A model generated the notes under the pieces. That model was not told the origin of the DNA. It was given only the letters and a program-made list of their open reading frames with translations, and did no database searches. Shown here piece after piece: positions 52,901 through 61,059 of a stretch of DNA of 64,000 bases. Origin of the DNA: Callorhinchus milii. Lineage: Eukaryota. The translations under genes were made by a program, and so were the position numbers. The stretch's first letter is position 1; the number at the start of each line of letters is the position of its first letter. Where the stretch lies: NCBI RefSeq assembly GCF_018977255.1, contig NW_024704743.1:5086001-5150000 (forward strand). The letters run 5' to 3'.

Positions 52901-55900
52901 CGATCAACAGAATGTTTAATCTGGAATCTATCTTAATTTGCCAGAATTTTCAGGACTCATATTTCTAAGATATTTTGCAATAAATCTTCAAGTTCTCTCC
53001 AATGCGTGGAATTCATTGGAGCTGAAAACTGGAACAAGCTCATATTTCAATTCCGCAGCTTGAATTTCAATCACTTGAAAAGAAGGTTTCATCTTGATGT
53101 TTCCACAGCATGGGTCAATTCTATTAAGGCGGTATATTTGTTCTGAGAAATTAAATTTATTTCTTGGTATAACTGCACGGTCCGTGGAAGCAGTGATCAG
53201 CTCTGGTGCAGATCCCTGATTGTCCAACGCCTTGGGACATCCTCCTGACGTGAAAGGCACTATACAAATATAATTTGTTGTTGTTGTTGTCTTCACCAAG
53301 TTTAATTAACTATAGTGGAAGTCCATGGTAAAATCCCTGTCCGTGCTTTGCATTCACTGCGCACGCACGCAGAAAGCCACCTCAAGGCGATATCTTTAAA
53401 TCAACTAAACATTGAGTAGTAACTTTTTGTTTACTTTTTAAAGGAAATCAATAATAAAGTTAAAGTTATAAATGAAACACATTTGCTATGTGGAATTACA
53501 AGAATCTTTTTTATAAGGGCGAGAGAAACATTGATTTTAAAACCACAGAAATGTTATGAGAGATAATCTCTTTGAAAAGCAAACTCTTTATCCAATGATA
53601 AATTCAGTAACAAATATTAGCAAAAATCTAACTTTAACTTTACTACATTAAATACAAACATAGCAATTATACCTTCATCTTCTTTTCTGGGTCGATGTTT
53701 TGAATGTTTGCCGCCATTCTCATGTTCTCGCTCTTTTTCTCGTTCCCGATGTCGATCCTTTTCTTTTTTCCTAGGTTTTTCTTTTTCCCTGTCTTTCTCA
53801 GACTTTTTATCCCTCTCTTTATGTCTGTCTATATGAGCATCTCTCTCTCCATCTTCATCAAAAACTCTTGGGTTTGGATCACTTTCTTGGCTCCTAACCT
53901 TATCTTTTGTCTCTCTCTTTCTCTATCTCTGATCTTATCCTTGTCTCGATCTCTTTCTTTAATTTGGTCCTTTTCACTGTCTCTGTCCCCATGTCGCTCT
54001 CTGTCCCTATCTTTTTTAGGCTCTCTGTCCCTTTCTCTTTTTGGATCCTCCTCTTGGTTTCTATCCCTGTCTTTATGTTTCTCCCGGTCCTTGTCTTTGT
54101 CCCTCACTCTGTCTTTATGATAGTCCTTTTCCTTTTCCTTGGGTCGACGCTCCCTAGATTCAGAGACACCACTCGCTTCCTCAACTTTACTCTTTCTCCT
54201 TTCTCTGCTCTTTGCATCAGCTTCTTCTGCATGATCTCCCTGAGCTGCCTGAAAACATAGAAAACAAAAGTAGCTTTTTCATTTCTATACTTCAGCCAAA
54301 CTGATTTCACTTTTACATAGATATTTAGGTTTGGTTGTGATGCCTTCACTCTCTCCCACCTTCCTATCTCTATAATCTTCTCCTACCCCACTCCTCTCCA
54401 TGCCTGCTTAACTAACTTGGGCTTCCTGTTTGTCCCTCATGCCACCAGTTGGGGCCGAGCCTCCAACTACTATATCCCTTAACATACTGAACTCCCTCCC
54501 TACACCTTTAGTTCACCTTTAAATCTGTCTTTAAATACCACCTAAAAACTTAACTCTTCAACGGTACCTATCGTCCCTTTCCCCCTTCTCCCTTGCTCAG
54601 CACTCAACCCGGTCATTATGACGAGCTTAGAGACATAATACTATGTGAAGGGCACTACATAAATGCAAGTTGTTGTTGCTGCTACATCATCACCCACCCT
54701 CCCATTCAAATGGCCTTACTCATCGGTGTCAAATAGGAATAAATAAGTATTTTATTGAACTATCCTACACACCTTTCAGTTAGGATGTAATAAGCAAATA
54801 AGGTACGGAAAACAGGCCTTTGAAGCACGTCTGTTCTACAACCATGGGTTCCCACCCACCCTATATCCTGGGGGAACGTATTGTAGAGATCCTCCCAGAA
54901 TCTCAAAATAATGAAGCAAATGCATGGTGCAACACTGGCCTCTTTTTGACTTGAATAGTGCCCCATAACTGGGGAACGTCATCGAATACTTCTCTTGCTC
55001 TCCTGACAAAATACAAGCGAAGGGTCATCATCTGATTTGTGATCCTTACCTCACCTCCAGCCTCCATACTTCCTTGTTCAGTCACAATCTTGCCTGCTTC
55101 TCCCTATTTCAAAATCAACACTACTAAGGTTACTGCTTCTCTGATTCAAAGATTTTAAACACAGTAAGTGTGGGGAGGAGAAAGATAATCTTGCATGTGC
55201 TTATCTTCCTCCCTACACCATATGGTGATTAAAATCAAGACTAATCATACTTTCTCCTACTCTTAACTCATTCTTTCCCCAGAACTCAAGACTGTAGAAC
55301 TCCCAGTCGTCCCTGCTTTGTACAATCTATATACTTTTTTTTAAAAAAAAACATATTTTCTTGATTTATTTGGTTTCTATTCTACTCTTTTTAAGCATTG
55401 GTAATGTCCTGACTGAATTTACCCCTCCCCAGCCCACAGGTCAATTGAAGTTTCTTAAATACTACACCAAGAATTTTAATATAAACTGAAAAATCAGACA
55501 TGCAGATTTCTGATGTATATGAGTTAGTACTACTATCTGGTACCCCAATTGAGTTTTATTTATAGAATGAGACATAATCAATTTAGTCCATGGGGAACCT
55601 ACAATCATACATATCATGGAGTCCTGTAGCTTGATGGTTAGAGCACTCACCTCGCGAGAAACCTGGGTTCAATTGCTGGCAGCGCGAAATGTTGGGCAAA
55701 GTTTCCTTACTCCACACGCCTGTTTACTTAGCAGTAAGTAGGAACCCGATAGTTAGTCAATTGGCAGATCGCTTTTCCAGGGGTAATAATTCGTTAAATA
55801 CATTTTTAAAAACAATTTGGTCACTCAATCCACGACTGTTTGTGGGACACTGCTGTGTGCAATTGGCTGCTACGTTTTGCCCACAAAATATACAGTCAAT

Positions 55901-58900
55901 TCACTTTACAGTATATTCTGTGAAGCGCTTTGAGCCGTCTCAAAGACGTGATAAGATGCTATATTAAATGCAAGGATTATTATTATTAGTCACAGAAACT
56001 GGTATCATGTAGCAATTGTTGATTTCAGTGGGAAAACAGGCTGTCCGTGCCACACAGACACAGCAAATACATATTAAATGTTATTTCATTACCTCTAGAG
56101 GCTGGATTCAGAATGCTTTTGTTTCTTTCTATTGGCTGAGATGAGTAGAAACCGAATAAATTAGTCTCAACCTAGTTCTCAGCTAACATGGCCCACAGCA
56201 TAAAAGAGTCAATGACTTGACACAATATTGACAATAACACTCCGAGAGAACTCAAGTGAATGGTGAAGCGCAAATAAATGCAGCACAGGTTATGACATGT
56301 ACAATGGCAATCAGTGAGTCTCAAGTCAACTGCATTTCACAACAGGCGCACGTGAACACTAACTCTTAAGTATGGCAATGGACTTCTGCAAAGCAGACCA
56401 AAGTAAAGAGAATATGCCATACATTTCATACTATCTGTAGCCCACCAGTAACTTGTATAGCACTCAACATTACAGGCATAGTTCACACTACTAAAGTTCA
56501 TTAAATCAACAGTGCAATAAGCATTCATTTCTAATTGCACCATTTGTGCCTATATCTAAACTAAAAAATAAATCTGTCTTAAATGTACGCTTACAATTCA
56601 CCTCCGACAATCCATTATTCCAGATTAATCTTTTGTTTTCAGAAAGAACACACTATTCTAACCTCACAACTTATTCTACATTCATACAGTGTTGTGAGTC
56701 TGGTCCATGATCAACTTGAGACATATCTGTGAAGCAACTAGTAATGATATGCCTTCTCTTCCTCCCCTTCCTGTCTCATCCTTCTGTTATGACTGCTCAA
56801 TGACTGCACCAGATTTTATAATCAATAATTACTTTAAGATGCCTCAGCAACTCTTCTGATTTCCAAGTGTCTTCTTTGGTTTTCCGCTGAAAGAAAAGTA
56901 AAAACAGAAGTAGTTATTAAAAATTGTTGTGGAATGTTTAAAAATGTATTTACAGACACAAATGCTACTCATTAAATCTTTCTATATTAACTTGCATGAA
57001 GAAACTATTGGAAAAGCAATGTACGATTATTTAAGGAATTATTACCCCTGGAAAATTGGAAAAGCGATCTGCCAATCGACTAACTATCGGGTTCCTACTT
57101 ACTGCTAGATTTATTTACTAAATTCTGCACAATGTTGAAAGAAACAAAATGAAAATACTGTATTTTCAGCAAAAAACATTACTATGTTTTTTAAAAATCA
57201 TAATAATGTTTTTGATTGAGAGTGTTGACATGACATGAATCATTGAAATTATGTAAAAAGAACAATTCAAAGGAAAATATATGAACACTTGGTGACTTGT
57301 AACAGTTACAATAATTATTGCTAACTTATTTTATCGTTCATTCTCCAACCAGATGCTGCTATTGCTACATAATATTGATGGGGGAAACAGAGAGTGGCCC
57401 TCCTTACCCCATTGTTTCATTTCTCAGTAAACTCAACCTTCTAATGAATTTGGGGTGAAAAGTCGTAGTCCAAGCAAAACTCCTGATAACTTATCCCTCC
57501 AAGAAAAAAGAGCCCATGGACGAGTAATCCGGAGTGACGAGTTAGACATATGTATCAATGCACAAACAAATCTGGACGGGATATTGACAGTATGATGACT
57601 TAAGTGGTGCTGACAGTTAAACCAGGGATGAGTTATTAGTTTACTGTATGGAAAGCAATATGCTCTGCCTCCATGTGTGACAAACCCCTATTATATAGAA
57701 TATTCCATTCTTTGTTAATTCTATCAGTCATAAATCATTGTGGTACTGTGTTTGTAACACAAGGCACAAAGTTGTTCTGTTTCCAGCAGTTATAGAGATA
57801 TGAAGCCGGATTTAAACATTTCTGTCCAAGCCACATCAAATTGGGCCAAAACACCATCTGATTTTGACATTTGGTATTTATAATTGATAGGGTGTCAGCC
57901 TAGCTTAGTTAATAACACTCTCACCGCCGAATCAGAAGGCTGTGGGTTAAAGTCCCACATCAAGAATTGGAGGTATCATCCTTTGGATGAGACATTAAAC
58001 CAAGATCCCACGGTATTGTTCAAAAACAGAGGGAGTTAGTTTGTCTTTGCTAACAATCCCCCAGATGCAGTTGTTCATTCATTTCTTGGCTGTTTGTGGG
58101 ACTTTGCCATGCGCAGATTGGCGACTGCTTTTGCCTGCAAATACAGACAAAAGCTGGCAACCAATTTGTGCATAACAAATAGCCGTATGGCAGTCATATG
58201 CAACTATTTGCACCAGCAAAATCCCACAAAACTGCCAGGTGGCTATCAACTAATGTGGAAAATTGTTAGCCAAGGCTCTCCCTTGTACTCTCAAATAGAA
58301 AATTGAGAAGAATGTATTCCAGTCTCAAACGATTCAGATGGTGCATCATCACAATCACAAGTTTTGCCGACAAAATATACAATCAATTCGCTTTACAGTA
58401 TATTCTGGGAAGCGCTTTGAGACGTCTCAACGATGTGATAAAGCACTATATTAAATGCAAGGATTATTATTATCAATCTTATCGTGGAGTCCTGTAGCTC
58501 AGTGGTTAGAGCACTCGCTTTGCAAGTGAGAGACCTGAGTTCAATTCCAGGCAGAGGGCGAAACCTTGGGCAAGTTTCCTTACTCCACACAGAGCCTAAT
58601 AATAATCCCTCCAAAACCAAAAACAATAATAAATCGGTCATTTTAAATCCACGACTGTTTGTGGGACATTGCTGTGCGCAATCGTCTGCCGCGTTCGCCC
58701 ACAAATATACAGTCACTTCACTTTACAGTGTGTTCTGTGAAGCGCTTTGGGACGTCTAAGAAGACGTGAAAAGCGCTGTATCAAATGCAACGATTACTAT
58801 TATTAATGCACATCTCCCCCTCTCCCTTAATAACAATCCTTGCGTTTAATATAGCGCCTTATCGCGCGGTTGAGACGTTTCAAAGCGCTTCGCAGAATAT

Positions 58901-59431
58901 ACTGAAAAGTGTGGACGAGACGCAGCACAAACTGCACCCACACAGAAGCCGCGGGGGATTGAGTGACCGAATCATCATTATTATTTTTTTTGAAGGGATC
59001 GTTTGCTCCCGAGAAAGCGATCCGCCGATCGACTAAAAAAAAAACCACACGGGTTCCCACTTACTGCCGAGTCACCAGAGGTGGTCAGGTGCGGAGTGAG
59101 GAAACATTGCCTGATGATGCCTTGGGCCCTCGGCCCGGGCGGGAATCGAACCCCCGGGGTCCTGCCACGGGATGTACCCCTCCTCTTCCCAAGCTCGCAG
59201 CCCGGGTGAGGAGGACAACCCCCAACCCCAACCCCACCCCCGATCGGCGCCAGTCTCCCCGCATCGCCCCATTCCCCAATTCCAGGCTTCCATTCCTCCC
59301 CCGGGGCCTCTGTCACCCTTTACACGAGACTTATTCGGACCCCAACGGCGTTGACCGGGAGGAAACAACAACAACCAGACAGACAGACAGACAGCTCCTC
59401 GGCTTTCACCCGTTACCTTGGTGGAGCGCAT
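22816..59431 (-). CDS. DYNC2I1: Dynein-2 intermediate chain 1 (WD repeat-containing protein 60), multi-exon CDS span
   Basis: 22 hand-assembled GT-AG exons sum to 3191 nt. Translation shows a charged N-terminus followed by motifs I recognise from WDR60 ([73 protein letters not shown]). All splice phases join except for one frame break inside exon 3. Confidence 0.96.
23288..23675 (-). mobile_element. tRNA(Ala)-derived SINE, long form
   Basis: Full-length copy in the last intron. Confidence 0.8.
24466..24689 (-). CDS. DYNC2I1: WDR60 exon ([11 protein letters not shown]...TRPAVFFV...WDLL)
   Basis: tttacag / gtaagt, 224 nt, phase 0-2. Confidence 0.95.
25693..25824 (-). CDS. DYNC2I1: WDR60 exon (GLVSHGT...[12 protein letters not shown])
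   Basis: ttaccag / gtaaga, 132 nt, phase 0-0. Confidence 0.95.
26323..26422 (-). CDS. DYNC2I1: WDR60 exon (...[21 protein letters not shown])
   Basis: ggtcag / gtaagt, 100 nt, phase 2-0. Confidence 0.95.
26690..27250 (+). mobile_element. L2 LINE 3' fragment
   Basis: [29 protein letters not shown] remnant, LWNSIP, (TTG)n tail. Confidence 0.85.
27251..27580 (-). mobile_element. tRNA(Ala)-derived SINE, short form
   Basis: Full-length copy lacking the internal segment. Confidence 0.85.
27775..28100 (+). mobile_element. tRNA(Ala)-derived SINE, short form
   Basis: Full-length copy. Confidence 0.85.
28447..28507 (-). CDS. DYNC2I1: WDR60 exon ([15 protein letters not shown])
   Basis: ttgtcag / gtagga, 61 nt, phase 1-2. 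Confidence 0.94.
28815..29360 (+). mobile_element. L2 fragment with RT remnant, nested in a Deu-SINE
   Basis: [11 protein letters not shown] (degenerate YADD) and [11 protein letters not shown]. Deu-SINE halves lie at about 28750-28815 and 29360-29550. Confidence 0.75.
30165..30216 (-). CDS. DYNC2I1: WDR60 exon ([17 protein letters not shown])
   Basis: tcttcag / gtatgt, 52 nt, phase 0-1. Confidence 0.94.
34228..34690 (-). mobile_element. L2 LINE 3' fragment
   Basis: [12 protein letters not shown] and LWNTLP remnants, (GTT)n tail. Confidence 0.8.
34717..34778 (-). CDS. DYNC2I1: WDR60 exon ([16 protein letters not shown])
   Basis: gtgcag / gtaagt, 62 nt, phase 1-0. Confidence 0.94.
35528..35641 (-). 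CDS. DYNC2I1: WDR60 exon (GVLTAVNHS...TSHE)
   Basis: ttatag / gtacga, 114 nt, phase 1-1. Confidence 0.93.
36040..37030 (+). mobile_element. CR1 3' end split by the L2 insertion
   Basis: The flanks rejoin as ttctttacacagaaggtaatcaatgactgaaacgggttgccaggaaag, matching the minus-strand CR1 copy at about 46590-46800. Confidence 0.7.
36151..36858 (+). mobile_element. 5'-truncated L2 LINE with GTAAT target-site duplication
   Basis: ORF2 C-terminus ([27 protein letters not shown]). gtaat at 36146-36150 and 36859-36863. Confidence 0.88.
38012..38174 (-). CDS. DYNC2I1: WDR60 exon (VQCCCFSP...VLWDLR...PTFST)
   Basis: gatgtag / gtgagt, 163 nt, phase 0-1, WD repeat. Confidence 0.95.
38552..38927 (-). 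mobile_element. tRNA(Ala)-derived SINE, long form
   Basis: Full-length copy. Confidence 0.85.
39554..39726 (-). CDS. DYNC2I1: WDR60 exon (RQVLCLHFS...KVLVCESA)
   Basis: tctgcag / gtttgt, 173 nt, phase 1-0. Confidence 0.95.
40085..40355 (-). mobile_element. L2 ORF2 fragment
   Basis: [18 protein letters not shown]. Confidence 0.8.
40472..40601 (-). CDS. DYNC2I1: WDR60 exon ([10 protein letters not shown]...LNTQLPFFH)
   Basis: ttggcag / gtaata, 130 nt, phase 0-1. Confidence 0.94.
41153..41244 (-). CDS. DYNC2I1: WDR60 exon (...[12 protein letters not shown])
   Basis: gaatag / gtacta, 92 nt, phase 1-0. Confidence 0.93.
42075..42437 (-). mobile_element. tRNA(Ala)-derived SINE, long form
   Basis: Full-length copy. 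Confidence 0.85.
42529..42640 (-). CDS. DYNC2I1: WDR60 exon (AYIQCNEDD...IQTEEIE...WTQHPGES)
   Basis: ccatag / gtaaga, 112 nt, phase 0-1. Contains a QT-type light-chain-binding motif. Confidence 0.95.
43545..43850 (-). mobile_element. Deu-domain SINE abutting a splice donor
   Basis: The Deu domain begins about 20 nt into the intron after the donor at 43865. Confidence 0.75.
43866..43995 (-). CDS. DYNC2I1: WDR60 exon ([15 protein letters not shown]...NTKQ)
   Basis: tttgcag / gtttgt, 130 nt, phase 2-0. Confidence 0.95.
45114..45225 (-). CDS. DYNC2I1: WDR60 exon (...[14 protein letters not shown]...NRQ)
   Basis: aatcag / gtgggt, 112 nt, phase 1-2. Confidence 0.92.
45588..46195. mobile_element. 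Composite non-autonomous element(s), Helentron/DINE-like
   Basis: aaaactag start, (caga)n followed by tttatatat, internal tandem units, tttattagtgaagat end. Confidence 0.35.
46306..46507 (-). CDS. DYNC2I1: WDR60 exon (DYADDFEE...[12 protein letters not shown]...KEPKS)
   Basis: gcaaag / gtacta, 202 nt, phase 0-1. Confidence 0.93.
47108..47182 (-). CDS. DYNC2I1: WDR60 exon (EIEKEE...YEDDFE)
   Basis: ttctctag / gtattt, 75 nt, phase 0-0. Confidence 0.93.
47738..47764 (-). CDS. DYNC2I1: Possible 27-nt WDR60 micro-exon (DKKDKSTRK)
   Basis: aaacag / AAG|gtaaat, frame-preserving, charged like the neighbouring exons. Pyrimidine tract is weak. Confidence 0.4.
49271..49603 (-). mobile_element. tRNA(Ala)-derived SINE, short form, young
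   Basis: Full length with a long (AAT)n tail. Confidence 0.85.
49742..50098 (-). CDS. DYNC2I1: WDR60 exon 5 (ISEESREKK...WETEPNE)
   Basis: ttaacag / gttagt, 357 nt, open, phase 0-0. Confidence 0.88.
50807..50889 (-). CDS. DYNC2I1: WDR60 exon 4 ([28 protein letters not shown])
   Basis: gtttcag / gtgagt, 83 nt, phase 1-0. Confidence 0.88.
51270..52202 (+). mobile_element. Internally deleted hAT (Charlie/Buster group) DNA transposon
   Basis: TIRs cagtcgtggccaacc / ggttggccatcgctg. Imperfect 8-bp TSD ctttaatg / gcttaatg. Transposase C-terminal remnant present. Confidence 0.85.
51871..52053 (+). pseudogene. hAT transposase C-terminal dimerisation-domain remnant
   Basis: [59 protein letters not shown] resembles FGSTYxCEQxFSxM..K.KxRSxLTDxHL...QxSH*. 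Confidence 0.8.
53673..54248 (-). CDS. DYNC2I1: WDR60 exon 3, charged R/D/E/K-rich, with an internal frame break
   Basis: gttttcag acceptor, gtataa donor. Length is 576 nt (3n) but the flanking phases (0 in, 1 out) require 3n+1. Confidence 0.85.
55618..55988 (+). mobile_element. tRNA(Ala)-derived SINE, long form
   Basis: Full-length copy. Confidence 0.85.
56833..56886 (-). CDS. DYNC2I1: WDR60 exon 2 ([18 protein letters not shown])
   Basis: ttctttcag acceptor, gtaatt donor, 54 nt, phase 0-0. Confidence 0.93.
58485..58806 (+). mobile_element. tRNA(Ala)-derived SINE, short form
   Basis: Full-length copy. Confidence 0.85.
58828..59165 (-). mobile_element. SINE long form, GC-shifted
   Basis: Recognisable tail, body and B box with many extra G/C bases. 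Confidence 0.75.
59417..59431 (-). CDS. DYNC2I1: WDR60 coding exon 1 (MRSTK)
   Basis: cagc ATG CGC TCC ACC AAG | gtaacg, inside the CpG island. A 5-codon first exon parallels the human MEPGK start (from memory). Confidence 0.85.
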
Positions 59432-59493
59432 GCTGCGGGCGCCACCGCCGCCGTTGCTATGTTCCGCGGACTCCTGGTTACCAGGCAGCCGCC

Positions 59494-59505
59494 GCCGCCA
59501 TCTTG
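59494..59505 (-). promoter_or_regulatory. YY1 site
   Basis: CAAGATGGCGGC on the minus strand, the canonical YY1 motif. Confidence 0.65.
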
Positions 59506-59536
59506 ATGCGATTCCCCGCCTGAGGCTGTGGAAAGC

Positions 59537-59546
59537 GCGCATGCGC
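59537..59546. promoter_or_regulatory. NRF1 site
   Basis: Perfect palindrome GCGCATGCGC about 105 nt upstream of the ATG. Confidence 0.65.
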
Positions 59547-59692
59547 CCAGCGCCACCGGGCGACTGCGTCAGGTCGTCCCGGCAACGACGCCAACGAGCT
59601 CGCCGCGTGAACGTCATCACGCTCCCCCCCCCCACTACCCCACTCCCCCCCACCATCACCCCCATCTTTTTGCGTTCCTTCGTAAAAAACAA

Positions 59693-60037
59693 TACGTCTC
59701 AAAGCGCTTCGCAGAACGTGCTGCGAAGCGATGGGACGTGAACCGACCGACCGCGTGTTCTCGTGGGCGAAACGCGGCGGCCGACGGCGCACCGCAGCGT
59801 CCCCCGCAAACAGTCAGTCGTGGATTGAAGCGACCAATTTATTTGGTTTTTTTTTGGGAAGGAATTATTACGCTCCCAGAAAAGCGATCCGCCAATCGAC
59901 TAACAAGCGGGGTTCCTACTTGCTGCTGGGTAACCAGAGGCGACTTGCCCAACATTTCATTTGGCCCTGCCCGAGGATCAAACCCAGGTCCCTCGCTTGC
60001 GAGGCGAGCGCTCTGACCGCTGCGCTGCAGGACTCCC
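59693..60037 (-). mobile_element. SINE long form, strongly GC-shifted, within the promoter
   Basis: Colinear with the other copies from tail to the gcaggactcc head. Confidence 0.8.
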
Positions 60038-60211
60038 ACTCCTCTTATTCAACAGATCTGATGTATCACGTTAAAAGATTTCCTTCATTTTAATGTTTGC
60101 CTTGAACGATGTGCTATTTTAAGTGCCCAAGCCATTTTTTTTTTCAAGAATGCAAAAGTGGTTGTATTTCTTAAACTGGCTGCATTTCTACTTCCGATAT
60201 CATTAATCGTA

Positions 60212-60225
60212 GTTACCATGGCAAT
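60212..60225. promoter_or_regulatory. Near-perfect RFX X-box
   Basis: GTTACCATGGCAAT, one mismatch from GTTACCATGGCAAC. Confidence 0.65.
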
Positions 60226-60268
60226 CAAAATTCGCAATGCGTCCATCTGTCAGTGTTCCTTGGTCTCT

Positions 60269-60592
60269 ATTAATAATAATAATAATAATAATAATAATCC
60301 TTGCATTTGATATAGCGCTTTTCATATCTTCTAGACGTCTCAAAGCACTTCACAGAATATACTATAGAGTGAATTGACTGTATATTTGTGGGCGAATGCA
60401 GCAGCCAATTGCGCACAGCAATGTCCCACAAACAGTCGTAGATTGAAAATGACCAATTTATTATTGTTTTGTTTTGGAGGGATTATTATTAGGTGTGTGG
60501 AGTTAGGAAACTTGCCCAAGGTTTCGCCCTCTGCCTGGAACTGAACTCAGGTCTCTCACTTCCAAAGCGAGTGCTCTAACCACTGAGCTACA
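60269..60592 (-). mobile_element. tRNA(Ala)-derived SINE, short form, young
   Basis: Near-consensus copy with a long (AAT)n tail. Confidence 0.85.
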
Positions 60593-61059
60593 ATGAACAG
60601 CAGGATATTCATTTTCAGAGCTGTGCACAGTAGGGATTGTAAGCAATAACTATTCTTACTGGTTTGGAAATATCACTGATGATGGTGAGAACTAAAGTGA
60701 AGAATAATAATAATAACAACCCTAATAATAATAATCCTTGCATTTGATATAGCGCTTTTCAGGTCGGGAGGACGTCCCAAAGCGCTTCACAGAATATACT
60801 GTAAAGTGAATTGACACTATATTTTGTGGGCGAAGGTATATTTTGTCTTTGAAGAAATCAAATCTAAATCAGTGAGGCTGACTCATTTCATTTTCAATTT
60901 TCATTTTTAATATAACTTTAAAATGAGATACAGAGTCACAACACTTTACAGGAAATACTGCAAAGCCTAGTCACTCAATCGCAAATGTTTGTGGGATACT
61001 GCTGTGCGCAATTGGCCTCCACAATTATAGGGTCAATCATTCTACAGTATATTCTGTGA

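Larger units (their letters stand above)
59477..59586. promoter_or_regulatory. Proximal RFX X-box-like motifs
   Basis: GTTACCAGGCAGC (59477-59489) and GTCGTCCCGGCAAC (59573-59586). RFX control is typical of ciliary genes. Confidence 0.55.
58850..60040. promoter_or_regulatory. CpG island / WDR60 promoter
   Basis: Abrupt rise in GC and CpG around coding exon 1. Confidence 0.85.

Noticed and set aside
53704..54260. Hydrophobic plus-strand ORFs (also 49873-50146)
   Set aside because: Antisense shadows of the purine-rich WDR60 exons.
56093..56135. 43-nt AG/GT-bounded candidate exon that might fix the exon 3 frame
   Set aside because: Including it puts exon 3 in a frame that hits TGA within 10 codons.
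58485..58560. tRNA-Ala-like sequence (also at the heads of other copies)
   Set aside because: It is a SINE head: no proper acceptor stem, and it continues into the repeat body and tail.
58963..60093. Long overlapping ORFs (up to 206 aa) around exon 1
   Set aside because: Stop-codon depletion in a GC-rich island plus SINE sequence, with no recognisable protein.
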